Origin: Chlorobiota bacterium
GTDB taxonomy: Bacteria > Bacteroidota > Bacteroidia > Bacteroidales > VadinHA17
Assembly: GCA_013152085.1 (NCBI GenBank)
Contig: JAADHC010000022.1
Coordinates: forward strand, 64,345 to 128,344
DNA: 64,000 nt
Direction of reading: 5' to 3'
In this document: in pieces, positions 39,001-48,789 of the stretch
Layout of the letters: each line of letters starts with the position of its first letter
Position numbering within the stretch: the first letter of the stretch is position 1
Made by a program: the position numbers and the translations under genes
Notes under the pieces: generated by a model
Told to the model about the DNA's origin: nothing
The model's database searches: none
Seen by the model: the letters and a program-made list of their open reading frames with translations, nothing else

Positions 39001-39343
39001 AGACCTGTTTCCTTACCGGTTTAAATACAAAAAACTCGGGAAACTGATCGGTACACGTTCCTGGGGTGGCGTAGTTGGTTACAGCGGTTCCATTTCATTG
39101 ATTGACGGCGGTTCGCTCATTACACCTTCCTATGCACCGTATGCTGCTGACGGAAGCGGCTGGATCATTGAAGGGCATGGTGTTGACCCGGATATTTTTA
39201 TTGAAAATGATCCGGTACGGGAATATAAAGGGATTGATGATCAACTAAATAAGGCGATTGAAGTGATTAAGGATGAGTTACGGAAAAATCCGCCCAAACT
39301 GCCATCTATTCCTCCATTTCCCGACAAAAGCGGCAAAAAATAG
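36053..39343 (+). CDS. Tricorn protease homolog (S41 peptidase with TolB-like beta-propellers and a PDZ domain)
   Basis: 1096 aa. Signal peptide, LMRFPDIYGNQIVFSYAGDLYLVP start typical of tricorn, repeated PD40-like SPDG motifs, C-terminal S41 core (DVRGNGGG, SASDGD). Confidence 0.85.
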   Translation: MKRFFLICLVSVFWLGLQAADTGEARLMRFPDIYGNQIVFSYAGDLYLVPSDGGVARRLTSSVGYESFPRFSPDGKYIAFTGQYDGNTEVFRIPSSGGEPQRLTVTATLGRDDIGDRMGPNNIVMDWTPDGKYIVYRSRKQSYNSFVGQLFKVPADGGMSEEIPISKGGFCSFSPDGNRMAFNWVFREFRTWKYYQGGMADDIRIVDFNKGTVIKITDNPHQDIIPMWIGRTIYYLSDRDRTMNLFAYNLDTKETKKVTDFTDYDIKFPGFDRQYVVFEKGGYIYKYDVENGNTAQVHIRIANDIEWSRSEWKDASKMIRSADLSRNGERVLFGARGDIFSVPAKHGITLNLTKSSGVHEREATFSPDGRYMAYLSDQSGEYEIYMRPADGSGTPVQITSNTKTYIFNLAWSPDSKKILFNDKKQTLKYVDIGTKKVTMVDQSDEAPWFSFDWSPDSRWITYTKAEKRMTRIRLYNLETGKSYILTDSWYSSGNPVFSTDGKYILFTSARDFNPIYSQTEWNHAYVDMSRIYMILLSKDTPSPFAPENDVIEVNNVKPTARAPEKSKPGNKKKSTSETKDTGKIIIDIDGINERVVGLPVKPSNYFGINGVNDKVYFLERSSTGRDGARFAFFDLKKKKETELGQGMSYGLSANHKKMLVRQKNRYAVINLPSSKISLEETVDLSGMKVKVDLHAEWKQIFNESWRQMRDFFYAPNMHGVDWPAMHDKYAVLLPYVNHRSDLTYIIGEMVGELSIGHSYVINGEAPKPERIALGLLGAKVSRTPEGWFRIDHILPGANWSRQLRSPLTEIGVNVKEGDYILAVNGRNVKEKTDIFKTLIGQAGKTVELTVNNQPDMNGSRNVLVRPLRDESALYYYEWVENNIRKVSEATDGKVGYIHIPDMGVDGLNEFVKHYYPQLQKKGLIIDVRGNGGGNVSPMIIERLMRTITYMTMHTGEKQGDPNPVGTFVGPKVTLLDKYSASDGDLFPYRFKYKKLGKLIGTRSWGGVVGYSGSISLIDGGSLITPSYAPYAADGSGWIIEGHGVDPDIFIENDPVREYKGIDDQLNKAIEVIKDELRKNPPKLPSIPPFPDKSGKK

Positions 39344-39366
39344 GAAACCTGTAATCCCGTTATATT

Positions 39367-39396
39367 AAAAGCCGGAATCAACCGGCTTTTCTTTTT
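39367..39396 (+). terminator. Rho-independent terminator
   Basis: AAAAGCCGG-aatcaa-CCGGCTTTT followed by CTTTTT, 24 nt after the tricorn stop. Confidence 0.75.
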
Positions 39397-39434
39397 ATTA
39401 TGTATTATAATATAGATTATAATACATAATAAAA
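39393..39434. repeat. AT-rich inverted repeat (19-bp arms, 4-nt loop)
   Basis: TTATGTATTATAAT-atag-ATTATAATACATAA is perfect, and pairing extends 5 more A/T pairs. Lies between the convergent tricorn and OmpA genes. Confidence 0.55.
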
Positions 39435-39486
39435 TACATAAATTATTCAAATTATTGAGGTTAAACCGGGAACCGGGAACCCTTCT

Positions 39487-41433
39487 TTATTTTCCCATCT
39501 TAACAATCCGTATTTCCGTGCGGCGGTTCGCAGCGCGTCCTTCTTCTGTATTATTGTCTTGAATGGGTTTGGTTTCACCATAACCGACATAGGTCAACCG
39601 GGAGGCTTCAATACCATCCTTGATCAGATAAAGATAAACAGCCCGGGATCGTTGTTTGGAAAGTTCGAGATTGTATTCATTGGTTCCTATCCAGTCGGTA
39701 TGTCCGCTGATCTCAATATGCAGATCGGGGTACTGTTTCAGAAATGTTTTGAGTTTTTCAAGTTCAACCATACTTTCCCTTTTAAGCTTGTAGGAATTAA
39801 AAGCAAAAAAGATATTCCGCAGGATCGTAGACTCACCAACACGGATGGGATTCATGGGTACATCTTTTATAAATGGATGATCCACGGCGTGCATCCCTTT
39901 CAACGGGAAATGGTCTGAAAAGAACAAATATCCTTCTTTGGAGACATTCAGGGCATAGTTGTGATCTGTTGGGATACAGACCAGGAAGGAGCCGTCAATC
40001 CCTGCATAAGCTTCCATGATCAGCGTGTCATTGTCAAGGTCTGTCAGCTCAAAGTGGGCATTGAGCGGGCGGTTGGTTTCGGAATCATATACTTTACCTT
40101 TCATGTAGGTAACAAAACCCGGTCTTGCTTCTTTATAAAGATCAAAAGCATAAATGTCTTTCCCGTTTTCCTTGATACGGTCAGAAGAAAAATAGGCGGT
40201 AGTCCCGGCGGCATTTACAATAAATCCGATTTCGTCTCCATGAGTATTAATGGGGTATCCCAGGTTTTCAGGTTTACTCCATGTGGTGTCCGTCCCTTTA
40301 TTCCGGGTGAAAAAAAGGTCAAATCCGCCAAATCCGGGATGACCGTCTGAGGAGAAATAGAGGGTTTTCTTATCAGGATGGATGAAAGGAGACATTTCAT
40401 TTCCTGATGTATTGATCGCTGCTCCTGCATTCAGGGGTTGCTGCCATTTCCCGCCGGCATAATGACTGATCCAGATATCCATCTTCCCGAATCCTCCGGG
40501 CCGGTTGCTGACGAAATAGAGGGTATGGCCGTCTGCGGATATGGAAGGCTGGGCATCCCAGTATTTTGAATTAAGTGGCGGTGACAGCGGATTGGGGTTG
40601 GTCCATCCGCCGGGATGCCTGTAGGAAAGATAAATATCACAACTTCCCATTCCGTCCGATCGGTTACAAGCTGTAAAATACATCATCCTGCCGTCGACCG
40701 AGAGAGACTGTGCGCCTTCATTGCGAGGTGAGTTGATGGGCTTTCCAAGAGGTTTTCGTGTTTGCCAAACACTGTCGGTGCGAACAGAAATATAAAAATC
40801 TTCCTGAAATTTCTTTTGACTGAAACCGGCGATCATAAATTCACCTTCCGGAACCAACACGGTAAAAACCAGAGTTTGTTCATCGGCAGTCAGGGAGGGC
40901 CAGTACTCATTCATCGGGGTATTTACCCCCGGACCAAGGTTTTGTAATGAAAGGGGAACGGGATGTTTAACCCCTTCGATTGAAAAAAGGCAACCAGCCA
41001 GGTCTTTCCGGGCCTTTTTTATGATAGAGGGCTGTAATCCCTTAAACTTTAAAAAAGAGGTTAAATGCTGCCTGGACGCTGTGTACATGCCCGAGAGAAA
41101 CTCGATATGACCCAGGTTGTACATGGCATTTGGATAAAATGAAGAATCGATACTGACAACCTTTCTGTATGATTCTATTGCTTTGGAATACTTTTTAATA
41201 TCTGCATTGAGTTCGGCCCTGAGCAAATGAGCTTCAAGAAAATCCGGATCGGCCTTTACTGCCATATCAATTTGATTGGATGCCTTATCCAATTCCATGA
41301 ATTCATAAAAATGCCTGGCTTCGTTGTATAACTTCAAGGCCTTCCCCGAACGTGTATGCAATTGACTAAATCCGGTTATAGGTATATACAGCAGGAAAAT
41401 AAAGAAGATATGTACGGATAATTTTTTCATCAT
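39487..41433 (-). CDS. OmpA family protein with TPR, TolB-like (PD40) repeats and a CarboxypepD_reg-like domain
   Basis: About 648 aa. Signal peptide. C-terminal OmpA domain (FAFNSYKL..., ISGHTDWIGTNEYNLELSKQRSRAV, NRRTEIRIV). The tracked start 41439 is TTG, so I use ATG 41431-41433. Confidence 0.85.
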   Translation of the reverse strand: MMKKLSVHIFFIFLLYIPITGFSQLHTRSGKALKLYNEARHFYEFMELDKASNQIDMAVKADPDFLEAHLLRAELNADIKKYSKAIESYRKVVSIDSSFYPNAMYNLGHIEFLSGMYTASRQHLTSFLKFKGLQPSIIKKARKDLAGCLFSIEGVKHPVPLSLQNLGPGVNTPMNEYWPSLTADEQTLVFTVLVPEGEFMIAGFSQKKFQEDFYISVRTDSVWQTRKPLGKPINSPRNEGAQSLSVDGRMMYFTACNRSDGMGSCDIYLSYRHPGGWTNPNPLSPPLNSKYWDAQPSISADGHTLYFVSNRPGGFGKMDIWISHYAGGKWQQPLNAGAAINTSGNEMSPFIHPDKKTLYFSSDGHPGFGGFDLFFTRNKGTDTTWSKPENLGYPINTHGDEIGFIVNAAGTTAYFSSDRIKENGKDIYAFDLYKEARPGFVTYMKGKVYDSETNRPLNAHFELTDLDNDTLIMEAYAGIDGSFLVCIPTDHNYALNVSKEGYLFFSDHFPLKGMHAVDHPFIKDVPMNPIRVGESTILRNIFFAFNSYKLKRESMVELEKLKTFLKQYPDLHIEISGHTDWIGTNEYNLELSKQRSRAVYLYLIKDGIEASRLTYVGYGETKPIQDNNTEEGRAANRRTEIRIVKMGK

Positions 41434-41518
41434 AATCAAAACGGCTTACTCCCGGTTACATTATGTAAAGTTAAATAAAATAGACCACATCTTATGTTAA
41501 TGGGAAAGCATTCGGGAG

Positions 41519-42160
41519 CTAAGGAACATGCATGAATTTATGGGCCTGTAGTGATATTCGCCATTTGGGGTTTCTCTTGACGTATTCAACGAGTATACCG
41601 ATGATTCTTTCGTACTGACTCCATTCCGGTTGGAGGAAAAGGAAACATTTGTCGGGAACTTTTCCGGCATTTTCCTCAGCCCAGGCCAGGTCATTTTTTG
41701 TCTGAATGATTACTTTCAGTTCGTCGGCCTGTGTATAAATGTTGCGGAGCGGTTTTTTACTCTGTTTCGGAGAAAGGCATATCCAGTCGAAAGTCCCCTG
41801 CATGGGCCATGCCCCCGAAGTTTCGAGATAAATATTGAATCCCCGGATCTTTAATTGTCTGGTAAGATAAATAAGATTAAACATCAGTGGTTCTCCTCCG
41901 GTAATGACCATATCCCGGGCTCCGGATTGTAGTGCATTTTTTATAATACGATCCGTCTCAACCATAGGATGAAGATAAGGATCCCATGAAAATTTCGTGT
42001 CACACCAGCTACAACCTACGTCACACCCGCCAATGCGTATAAAATAAGCTGCCTTACCCGTATGGAAACCTTCTCCCTGAATGGTATAAAACTCCTCTAC
42101 CAGGGGCAGCATCTTCCCTGCGGCAAAAAGGGTCTCTTTCTTTTTATTTAATGATTTCAT
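41519..42160 (-). CDS. queE: 7-carboxy-7-deazaguanine synthase (radical SAM)
   Basis: EEFYTIQGEGFHTGKAAYFIRIGGCDVGCSWCDTKF is the QueE signature. The tracked start 42178 is TTG and would overlap the -7 box, so I use ATG 42158-42160. Confidence 0.85.
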   Translation of the reverse strand: MKSLNKKKETLFAAGKMLPLVEEFYTIQGEGFHTGKAAYFIRIGGCDVGCSWCDTKFSWDPYLHPMVETDRIIKNALQSGARDMVITGGEPLMFNLIYLTRQLKIRGFNIYLETSGAWPMQGTFDWICLSPKQSKKPLRNIYTQADELKVIIQTKNDLAWAEENAGKVPDKCFLFLQPEWSQYERIIGILVEYVKRNPKWRISLQAHKFMHVP

Positions 42161-42175
42161 AACCCGCAATGGCCA

Positions 42176-42183
42176 CAAAATTA
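42176..42183 (-). promoter_or_regulatory. -7 promoter box TAATTTTG (minus strand) for queE
   Basis: Plus-strand CAAAATTA is the reverse complement of TAATTTTG, 16 nt upstream of ATG 42160. Confidence 0.35.
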
Positions 42184-42233
42184 GTAATTTTACTTCTGCA
42201 TAAAATCAAATATTTATTAAACATCGGAAACCC

Positions 42234-45056
42234 ATGAAATATCTGCCCTTTTTCTTTTTTCCCGTGCTGCTTATGATCTCAACCGGATGCCATTCAGACC
42301 GTTCCGGAAAGTTTATTGCGCGGGCACCCGCCGGTGAACGGTACACCGGTATAGATACTACGGGCGTTACGGTGATCCCCAATGGCCGGTTGGTTACGCC
42401 GGTCGGGCAATCTTACCGTATCGCTCCTCATCCTTTCGGCCTTACACTCAGTCAGGATGGTTCTATTGCCGTCACTGCCAATTCCGGTGTCCGTCCGCTT
42501 TCCGTTTCCATACTTCAGGGTATCGGAACAGATTCGGTTCGTATTACTCAAATCCCTCCGGGCCCGGTTACCGATAAGGGTGTTCTGGCCTCGGTTTTTA
42601 TGGGTTTGTCCGTATCACCGCAGAATGATACCTTGTATGTTGCAGGAGGCCAGGAAAATAAAGTGTATATGTTCGGGATATCTACCGGTGAATCTCTTGG
42701 ATTTATCAATTGTGCCTACAAAAATGACTCCGTAGATTATTCAGACGGATACATTGGCGACATGACGATCACACATGACGGAAACTTTATCTATGCGGTA
42801 GACCAGATCAATTTCAGAATGGTCATTCTGGATACACGTACACAACAATTGATCCGCAACGTTCCTGTAGGCCGGTATCCTTTCGGAATAACCCTTTCAC
42901 CGGATGAAAAAACCGCATGGGTAGCCAATGTGGGAATGTATGTGTATAAACCTATTGAGGGAATTGATCCTGACAACCTGCAGGAGACTGCCCCGGCATT
43001 TCCACCTTTCGCCTACGGTACCCCGGAAGCTGAAAAGGGTATTAAAACCGATACACTCGTTGTTCCGGGTTTGGGAAAATCCAACGTCCCCGAATCATTT
43101 TCTGTCTGGTCTGTTGATATTTCACAACCTGACGATGCCCGTGTTGTATCGAAAATAAAAACCGGTGTACTTGTTGGTGAGATGGTGGAGGATTTTCCGG
43201 CCGTTGGCGGGAGTTCCCCCAACTCCGTTGCAGCAACCCCGGCTTATGTTTTTGTCAGTAACGGAAACAATGATAATATTTCCGTTATCGGGGTCCGTGA
43301 AGATACGGTAGTGCATACCATCCATCTTGATCTGGATCCCAGGATAGACCACTTGCGTGGGAAAATACCTTTCGGGTTGGATGTTTCTCCTGATTACAAA
43401 AGATTATATGTGGCTGAATCGGGGATTAATGCTGTTGCCGTTATTGATATCCCTTCATTTCGTGTTGTCGGGCACATTCCCGCAGGATGGTTCCCGTCTA
43501 AAGTATGCGTAACCCCGGACGGCAAAAAACTGGTGGTGGCTAATGCCAAAGGATATGGTAGCGGACCTAACGGTGGAAAAAACTTTGACCCGGGGAACAT
43601 CGGTTCATACATCGGTTTTCTGATGCGTGGAACCGTTACCGTGATGGATATCCCGTCGGACCGGGAATTAAAGGAATATACCCGAAAAGTCATTGCCAAC
43701 AACTTTTCTTTTACCCGGATTGATGATCCCGGTTTTGCCCGGAGAAAAGAGAATCCCATTCCATTGTACCCCGGAGAACATCGTGAAGATAGTCTGTCGC
43801 CTGTGAAATATCTTGTTTTTGTTACCAAGGAGAACCGCACTTTTGATGAAATATTTGGCCAGATTGCAGGTGCAGACGGGGATTCATCACTGGCACGTTA
43901 CGGGGAAGGTGTGACATTTTCAAATCGAAAGCATACGGATACCGTTCGGGATGCTGTAGTGATGCCTAACCATCTGGCCCTGGCAAGACATTTTGCCATC
44001 GGGGATAATTATTACGTCGATTCTGATGTTTCGGCCGACGGGCATCGCTGGCTGGCCAATACCTATCCGAACGAATGGGTGGAAACCTGCGCACCGGCAA
44101 GCTATGGTGGAAACAGGAATTTTAAGGAGGGATCACCTTCTCCGGGTTATCTTGCTTTTACAGGAGCTGCAGGGGCTATTTATCCCGAAGATTATAACGA
44201 AGCGGGCTCGCTTTGGGATCAGCTCGATCGGTATGATATACCCTTTTATAATTTTGGAGAAGGGGTAATGTTTGAACCTGCTTCTTACGAGCGTTCCTAT
44301 AAATATACCGGGATGAGATATCTGTTCAATTATCCGCTGCCGGCCCCGCTCTTTGAAAATACTTCACATACCTATCCGACATTTAATATGGGAATCCCTG
44401 ATCAGTTCAGGATTGATATGTTTATAAAGGAAGTTAATGAAAAGTGGCTGAAACCCGGGAACCCATTGCCCCCGTTGCTGACGATTATTTTGCCGAATGA
44501 CCATGGTGCCGGAGAACGGCCTGAAGATGGTTATCCGTACCGTGAGAGTTATATGGCCGACAATGACCTTGCCCTTGGCCGGATGGTGGAGTTCCTGTCT
44601 CACACACCTTACTGGAAGAATATGGCAATTATCGTAACTGAAGATGATGCCCAGAATGGTGTTGACCATATAGATGCCCATCGAAGTGTCCTTATGGTAA
44701 TATCTCCCTGGGCAAAGAAGAATTATGTGGGACATGTACATTATAGTTTTGGTAGCATTTTTAAAACGATTTGGAATGTGCTGGGTGTGCCCTATTTAAA
44801 TGAATATGATGCCACAGCGACAGACCTGGCAAATATGTTTACATCTGTCCCGGATTTTACACCCTATAATGCTTTGCCTGTAGATAAACGGATTTTCGAT
44901 CCTGTTGTGGCATTAACTCCCCTGGATGAGAACTTTAACTGGCAGGCTGTCGAAGAGAGCCCCGAAATAGATAATGTGAAGGATATGATCAGGGATAACA
45001 AGGAAAATGAGGCTGACAGAATGAAGTTCCGTGAGTCTGAAAAGATAAAAAAATAG
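42234..45056 (+). CDS. Fusion of a YncE/YVTN-type beta-propeller with a phosphoesterase (PLC/AcpA family) domain, lipoprotein
   Basis: 940 aa. Lipobox ISTGC. N-terminal half has repeated YVAxxG / V.V.D propeller motifs. C-terminal half starts with VKYLVFVTKENRTFDEIFGQ, typical of the phosphoesterase family. Confidence 0.75.
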   Translation: MKYLPFFFFPVLLMISTGCHSDRSGKFIARAPAGERYTGIDTTGVTVIPNGRLVTPVGQSYRIAPHPFGLTLSQDGSIAVTANSGVRPLSVSILQGIGTDSVRITQIPPGPVTDKGVLASVFMGLSVSPQNDTLYVAGGQENKVYMFGISTGESLGFINCAYKNDSVDYSDGYIGDMTITHDGNFIYAVDQINFRMVILDTRTQQLIRNVPVGRYPFGITLSPDEKTAWVANVGMYVYKPIEGIDPDNLQETAPAFPPFAYGTPEAEKGIKTDTLVVPGLGKSNVPESFSVWSVDISQPDDARVVSKIKTGVLVGEMVEDFPAVGGSSPNSVAATPAYVFVSNGNNDNISVIGVREDTVVHTIHLDLDPRIDHLRGKIPFGLDVSPDYKRLYVAESGINAVAVIDIPSFRVVGHIPAGWFPSKVCVTPDGKKLVVANAKGYGSGPNGGKNFDPGNIGSYIGFLMRGTVTVMDIPSDRELKEYTRKVIANNFSFTRIDDPGFARRKENPIPLYPGEHREDSLSPVKYLVFVTKENRTFDEIFGQIAGADGDSSLARYGEGVTFSNRKHTDTVRDAVVMPNHLALARHFAIGDNYYVDSDVSADGHRWLANTYPNEWVETCAPASYGGNRNFKEGSPSPGYLAFTGAAGAIYPEDYNEAGSLWDQLDRYDIPFYNFGEGVMFEPASYERSYKYTGMRYLFNYPLPAPLFENTSHTYPTFNMGIPDQFRIDMFIKEVNEKWLKPGNPLPPLLTIILPNDHGAGERPEDGYPYRESYMADNDLALGRMVEFLSHTPYWKNMAIIVTEDDAQNGVDHIDAHRSVLMVISPWAKKNYVGHVHYSFGSIFKTIWNVLGVPYLNEYDATATDLANMFTSVPDFTPYNALPVDKRIFDPVVALTPLDENFNWQAVEESPEIDNVKDMIRDNKENEADRMKFRESEKIKK

Positions 45057-45329
45057 GTTTTGAATATCACGAAATGCTATGGAACGGGGGATAAACTTTT
45101 TGCCATACATATGAATATCTATCCGTTTTCCCGAAAATGAACGATACAATTTGCAAAACCATTAAAATTATTTTACGAGTTAAATAACGATATATCAGCA
45201 TAATAGAAGTTTATCTGATCGCATGGCAAAAAAAAACATCTTTTGTTGTAGGGGTAAGTATACGGTTGGAGTGTGATATTCTCGAAAACCGTTTATTTAA
45301 CGAAAATGTTTAACTAAAAACAAATAATT

Positions 45330-46439
45330 ATGAAAAAGCTAAGTTTATTTTTCGGTTCTGCTCTTTTAATAGCATCACTGTTATTCAGCGGATGTGAAAA
45401 AAATCCCGCACCCGGTCCGGGAGAAGATTCGATTTTACCCCAGTCTTTTAAGGTGGATATCCCGGATGCCATCAGCCGCCAGGCATCTACAAACAAAAGT
45501 GCCACGGTAGATACGCTCAAGGGAAATGATATCTATGAGCACCTGGCCAACTTTATCAATATTGGTGAAGGTGCCGCAGGGATCGTCCAGGATGTTATAG
45601 GTGCCATTACGGTTTATCATATCAATAAACCGATGAGTTTCAGTTTCCAGAGTGATGATGACGGCAGGACAAAAAATGTCACTGTCGTAGCCAACAGTTC
45701 TTATGACAATGCCACCTGGGAATTCCAGATGACGATTACGGATGCCGAATCAGAAGGCAATGATGACGGTGGAAAAGCGATCCAGATCTTTTGGAACCGT
45801 GATCCGGTTGAAGGCATAGCTTTGCTGAAACCTTATAATATAGATCGAAGGAATGACGGAAAGGATGCCAGTGCCATGTTCCGTATTGATTATAGCGAAA
45901 CCGGAGATCATGGTTATGATGCACACATGCTTGTTTATATTGCCGGATTGCCTGTTGCCGATCCTCTTGAAGATCCTTATAGCATGAGTGCCCTGAAAAT
46001 GTTTGTCGGTAAAAAAGGTGATTATGTGGATGTGTATGGAAATTCAAACCATCCCAATGCCACTTTCTTTGCCGGTCATGCGGGATTTAACTGGGCATTT
46101 GTTGCTGCAGGCAATGGTAGCGATGACATTGGCGTAGCTGAAGTCGGACTGCCACCCAGCAACCTGGATGAACCCAGCCGCAGTGTCCTGCTTGGTTATT
46201 ATTCCATCAAGGATGTCTTTACCCGCGAGATTATGGAGGTATGGCCGGGTATTGATCCTGCAAGTATTGAAGCTTTCCTTTACAATACCTCAGCTCCGGG
46301 ATTCTTTGATGCTGCCGGTTTTGTTTCCGGAGGAACATCTCCCGGATCACAATATGATGACCTGGTGGCCAGAATTCAGGACCTGAGTCCCTATAATCCC
46401 AAAGAGATCTCCAACCTGGTGATCGCTTTCAAAGACTGA
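45330..46439 (+). CDS. Hypothetical lipoprotein
   Basis: 369 aa. Signal peptide plus lipobox LLFSGC. No recognisable domain. Confidence 0.6.
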   Translation: MKKLSLFFGSALLIASLLFSGCEKNPAPGPGEDSILPQSFKVDIPDAISRQASTNKSATVDTLKGNDIYEHLANFINIGEGAAGIVQDVIGAITVYHINKPMSFSFQSDDDGRTKNVTVVANSSYDNATWEFQMTITDAESEGNDDGGKAIQIFWNRDPVEGIALLKPYNIDRRNDGKDASAMFRIDYSETGDHGYDAHMLVYIAGLPVADPLEDPYSMSALKMFVGKKGDYVDVYGNSNHPNATFFAGHAGFNWAFVAAGNGSDDIGVAEVGLPPSNLDEPSRSVLLGYYSIKDVFTREIMEVWPGIDPASIEAFLYNTSAPGFFDAAGFVSGGTSPGSQYDDLVARIQDLSPYNPKEISNLVIAFKD

Positions 46440-46453
46440 CTTGTGCAGGAATG

Positions 46454-46486
46454 AAAAAAGCCGGGCATATATGTCCGGCTTTTTTT
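46454..46486. terminator. Bidirectional rho-independent terminator
   Basis: AAAAAAGCCGGGCAT-at-ATGTCCGGCTTTTTTT, with an A-tract and a T-tract flanking an 8-9 bp stem. Lies between convergent genes. Confidence 0.75.
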
Positions 46487-46514
46487 ATTGTTTTACGGCT
46501 TTTATCAGTTGATG

Positions 46515-47600
46515 TCAGTATAGCTTGACACTTCCGTAACGGGTCTCAATGCTAACCGTGGATGAAGGGTTTTGTTGCTTGCCAACAATCCCGCTGTAGG
46601 TTGATGAGGTGTTTTCAACAATACGACTCAACTGTGAGGATTCCGGAACCGAGATCTTGCAGTATTGTGCTTCAGCTTTCAGCTTGTAGGATGCGTCTTC
46701 ATCGATCCCCAGAGAGATACTACCATATTTATTATCAATTTTGATACTTTTAAAACCGGCCGGAATATGTTCGATATTGATTCCTGTATATCTGGATTCA
46801 ACAGAAACTTTGGCGGTTACTTTATTGGCACTTACATGGCCGTAAGCAATGTCCAGGATCAGATTCTTAACGGTTCCAAGTTTATAAGTATCATATTTGG
46901 ACTCTGCAACCAGCGAGCTCAATTCGTCAATGGTAAGTTTGGAGTAAGCTGTTTCGCCGGCAAGTGCCTGTGCTTTGCCAATTTCCAGTTTTGAATATTT
47001 CATATCCAGTTTTAACCACTTTGCTTCATCAATAACTCCTTTGCCGTAACCGATTACAATTATATTCAGAGGTTTGGCATCGGCACGTGTTAATTTGTTG
47101 ACTTTGAGATTTCCGTATTTGACGGAAAGAAGTGCATGTCCCGATATCTTGCTGACAAAGGTGTCACCGTATTTATTCATCAGTTCGGCATCTATCGATG
47201 CGGGAGCATGAATTGTGTAATCGATACTGAATTTCTTTCCTTCCTTACCCCAGCGATTCCATCCTGAGCGTGAAAACCGGTTGTCAATGGTGGTGGTGGC
47301 TTCAATACGGCTGCCAGCCTGTGAAAATTCCACATCAAGATAGTCCAGCATCTTCTGTGCCCTTTCGCGATCGGGAAGATCAACAGATATTTTGACATCT
47401 ATCTCAATGGCATTTTTATCCCAGTCTTCAAAATTGACATCTCCGTATTTATTGGAGATTACCAGTGTGGTCTGATTATCTACCGCATACTCTTTATGGT
47501 ATGTTTTCGATATCTCATCCTGTGCGGCAGCAGGTTGTAATGTTCCTGCCGTGAATACAAGCAGGGTGAAAACTCCTGTATTAGAGATTCGTTTTTTCAT
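46515..47600 (-). CDS. DUF4097-like beta-strand repeat protein (putative adhesin fold), secreted
   Basis: 361 aa. Signal peptide, then repeated (G)xIxV / YGDV / YGSI strand motifs. Last gene of the ECF sigma operon and overlaps the anti-sigma gene by 20 nt. Confidence 0.5.
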   Translation of the reverse strand: MKKRISNTGVFTLLVFTAGTLQPAAAQDEISKTYHKEYAVDNQTTLVISNKYGDVNFEDWDKNAIEIDVKISVDLPDRERAQKMLDYLDVEFSQAGSRIEATTTIDNRFSRSGWNRWGKEGKKFSIDYTIHAPASIDAELMNKYGDTFVSKISGHALLSVKYGNLKVNKLTRADAKPLNIIVIGYGKGVIDEAKWLKLDMKYSKLEIGKAQALAGETAYSKLTIDELSSLVAESKYDTYKLGTVKNLILDIAYGHVSANKVTAKVSVESRYTGINIEHIPAGFKSIKIDNKYGSISLGIDEDASYKLKAEAQYCKISVPESSQLSRIVENTSSTYSGIVGKQQNPSSTVSIETRYGSVKLY

Positions 47601-48129
47601 GGTCTGTCTGTTTGGTTTGATGTTGCAAAGCGTTTAATTGTTGTATAATATTATTGAGTACATCCAGTTTGACCTGATAGTATTCGATCATGGCCTGTAA
47701 CACCCTTTCGTCACCCGGATTGGCATTCAGGTCATGTTGCAGTTCAAGATATAAGCTGTCCATGCCGGTAAGTTCTTTCAGCATGATCTCTTTCTGGGCA
47801 GTATCCCCTAGAAAACGGATATGTTTCAGCTCATTATATTTCAGATTTACCTGGGTGGCATAAAAATGTTCTGCTTCGGCATATTCGGGTATAGGTATAA
47901 AACTTGCTGTCACAGTCGATTGCTTTAAAGTATGATCAATAATCCACATTCCGGAAAAAATAATCAGCAGGATAACAGCGGCAATTTTTGTTGCAGGCCA
48001 CATTAACTGTACAAGTTTTCTGCGCTGCTGCCGGGCCATCTTCCGTTGAAAACGGTCTGCATGTCCTTTTTCGGGTTCCTGCTCAAAGGTATCCCTGTGG
48101 TTGATGATATATCGTTCCAGGTCAGTCAT
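47581..48129 (-). CDS. Putative anti-sigma factor (single-pass membrane protein)
   Basis: 182 aa. One TM helix (IAAVILLIIFSGMWII). Overlaps the ECF sigma gene by 8 nt. Called from position only. Confidence 0.45.
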   Translation of the reverse strand: MTDLERYIINHRDTFEQEPEKGHADRFQRKMARQQRRKLVQLMWPATKIAAVILLIIFSGMWIIDHTLKQSTVTASFIPIPEYAEAEHFYATQVNLKYNELKHIRFLGDTAQKEIMLKELTGMDSLYLELQHDLNANPGDERVLQAMIEYYQVKLDVLNNIIQQLNALQHQTKQTDHEKTNL

Positions 48130-48685
48130 TTCCTTTTTCCTTTTTTAATATTTGAATCAGCCGCAGCCTCGCCCGCGAATATTGCGACCTTGAGGTAGAA
48201 GGGCTTATCCCCATGATCTGGCTGATTTCATCATGGTCATATCCTTCAAACAGGTATAGTGACAATATGGTTCTGTAACCTGTAGAAAGTTTCTCCATGG
48301 CACTTTTAATCTTCCCGATATCATAATTATTTTCCTCTGTGAAAGTTCCGGTTTCATCAATAACCTCTCCTATTCCTTCCATGTCCTGCAGTCCCGGATT
48401 TATTTTTCGCAGATGGTCAAGAGACCGGTTAATAACGATTTTTTTCAGCCATGCCCCGAAGCTCACTTCACCTTTATAGGTATCCAGCTTTTCAAAAGCC
48501 GACAGGAAAGATTCCTGCATGATATCTTCGGCTTCATGTGTGTGGTTTACAATACGTAGGCTGGTGTTATACATGGCTTTATAATAAAGTTTATAAACCT
48601 TAAACTGTGCCCGCTGATCACCTGCACGACATTGCTCGATCAGGTCCTGATGCAGATTCGTAAATATTTTTTCAGCTGCACTCAT
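48122..48685 (-). CDS. ECF-type RNA polymerase sigma-70 family factor
   Basis: 187 aa. Region 2 (AEDIMQESFLSAFEKL, FGAWLKKIVINRSLD) and region 4 (YRTILSLYLFEGYDHDEISQIMGISPSTSRSQYSRA). Confidence 0.9.
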   Translation of the reverse strand: MSAAEKIFTNLHQDLIEQCRAGDQRAQFKVYKLYYKAMYNTSLRIVNHTHEAEDIMQESFLSAFEKLDTYKGEVSFGAWLKKIVINRSLDHLRKINPGLQDMEGIGEVIDETGTFTEENNYDIGKIKSAMEKLSTGYRTILSLYLFEGYDHDEISQIMGISPSTSRSQYSRARLRLIQILKKEKGND

Positions 48686-48789
48686 CGGTTAATTTCATGA
48701 TAAAGACGCAGGAAAGTTGCAGGTGTTGCATTGTAAGAAAAATACCTGGCACACCAAGGTTAACGGGTAATTTTGATCAATCTCGGTTT

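Noticed and set aside
42161-42233. preQ1 riboswitch upstream of queE
   Set aside because: The leader is only about 16 nt past the -7 box, and no preQ1-type hairpin with an A-rich tail is visible.
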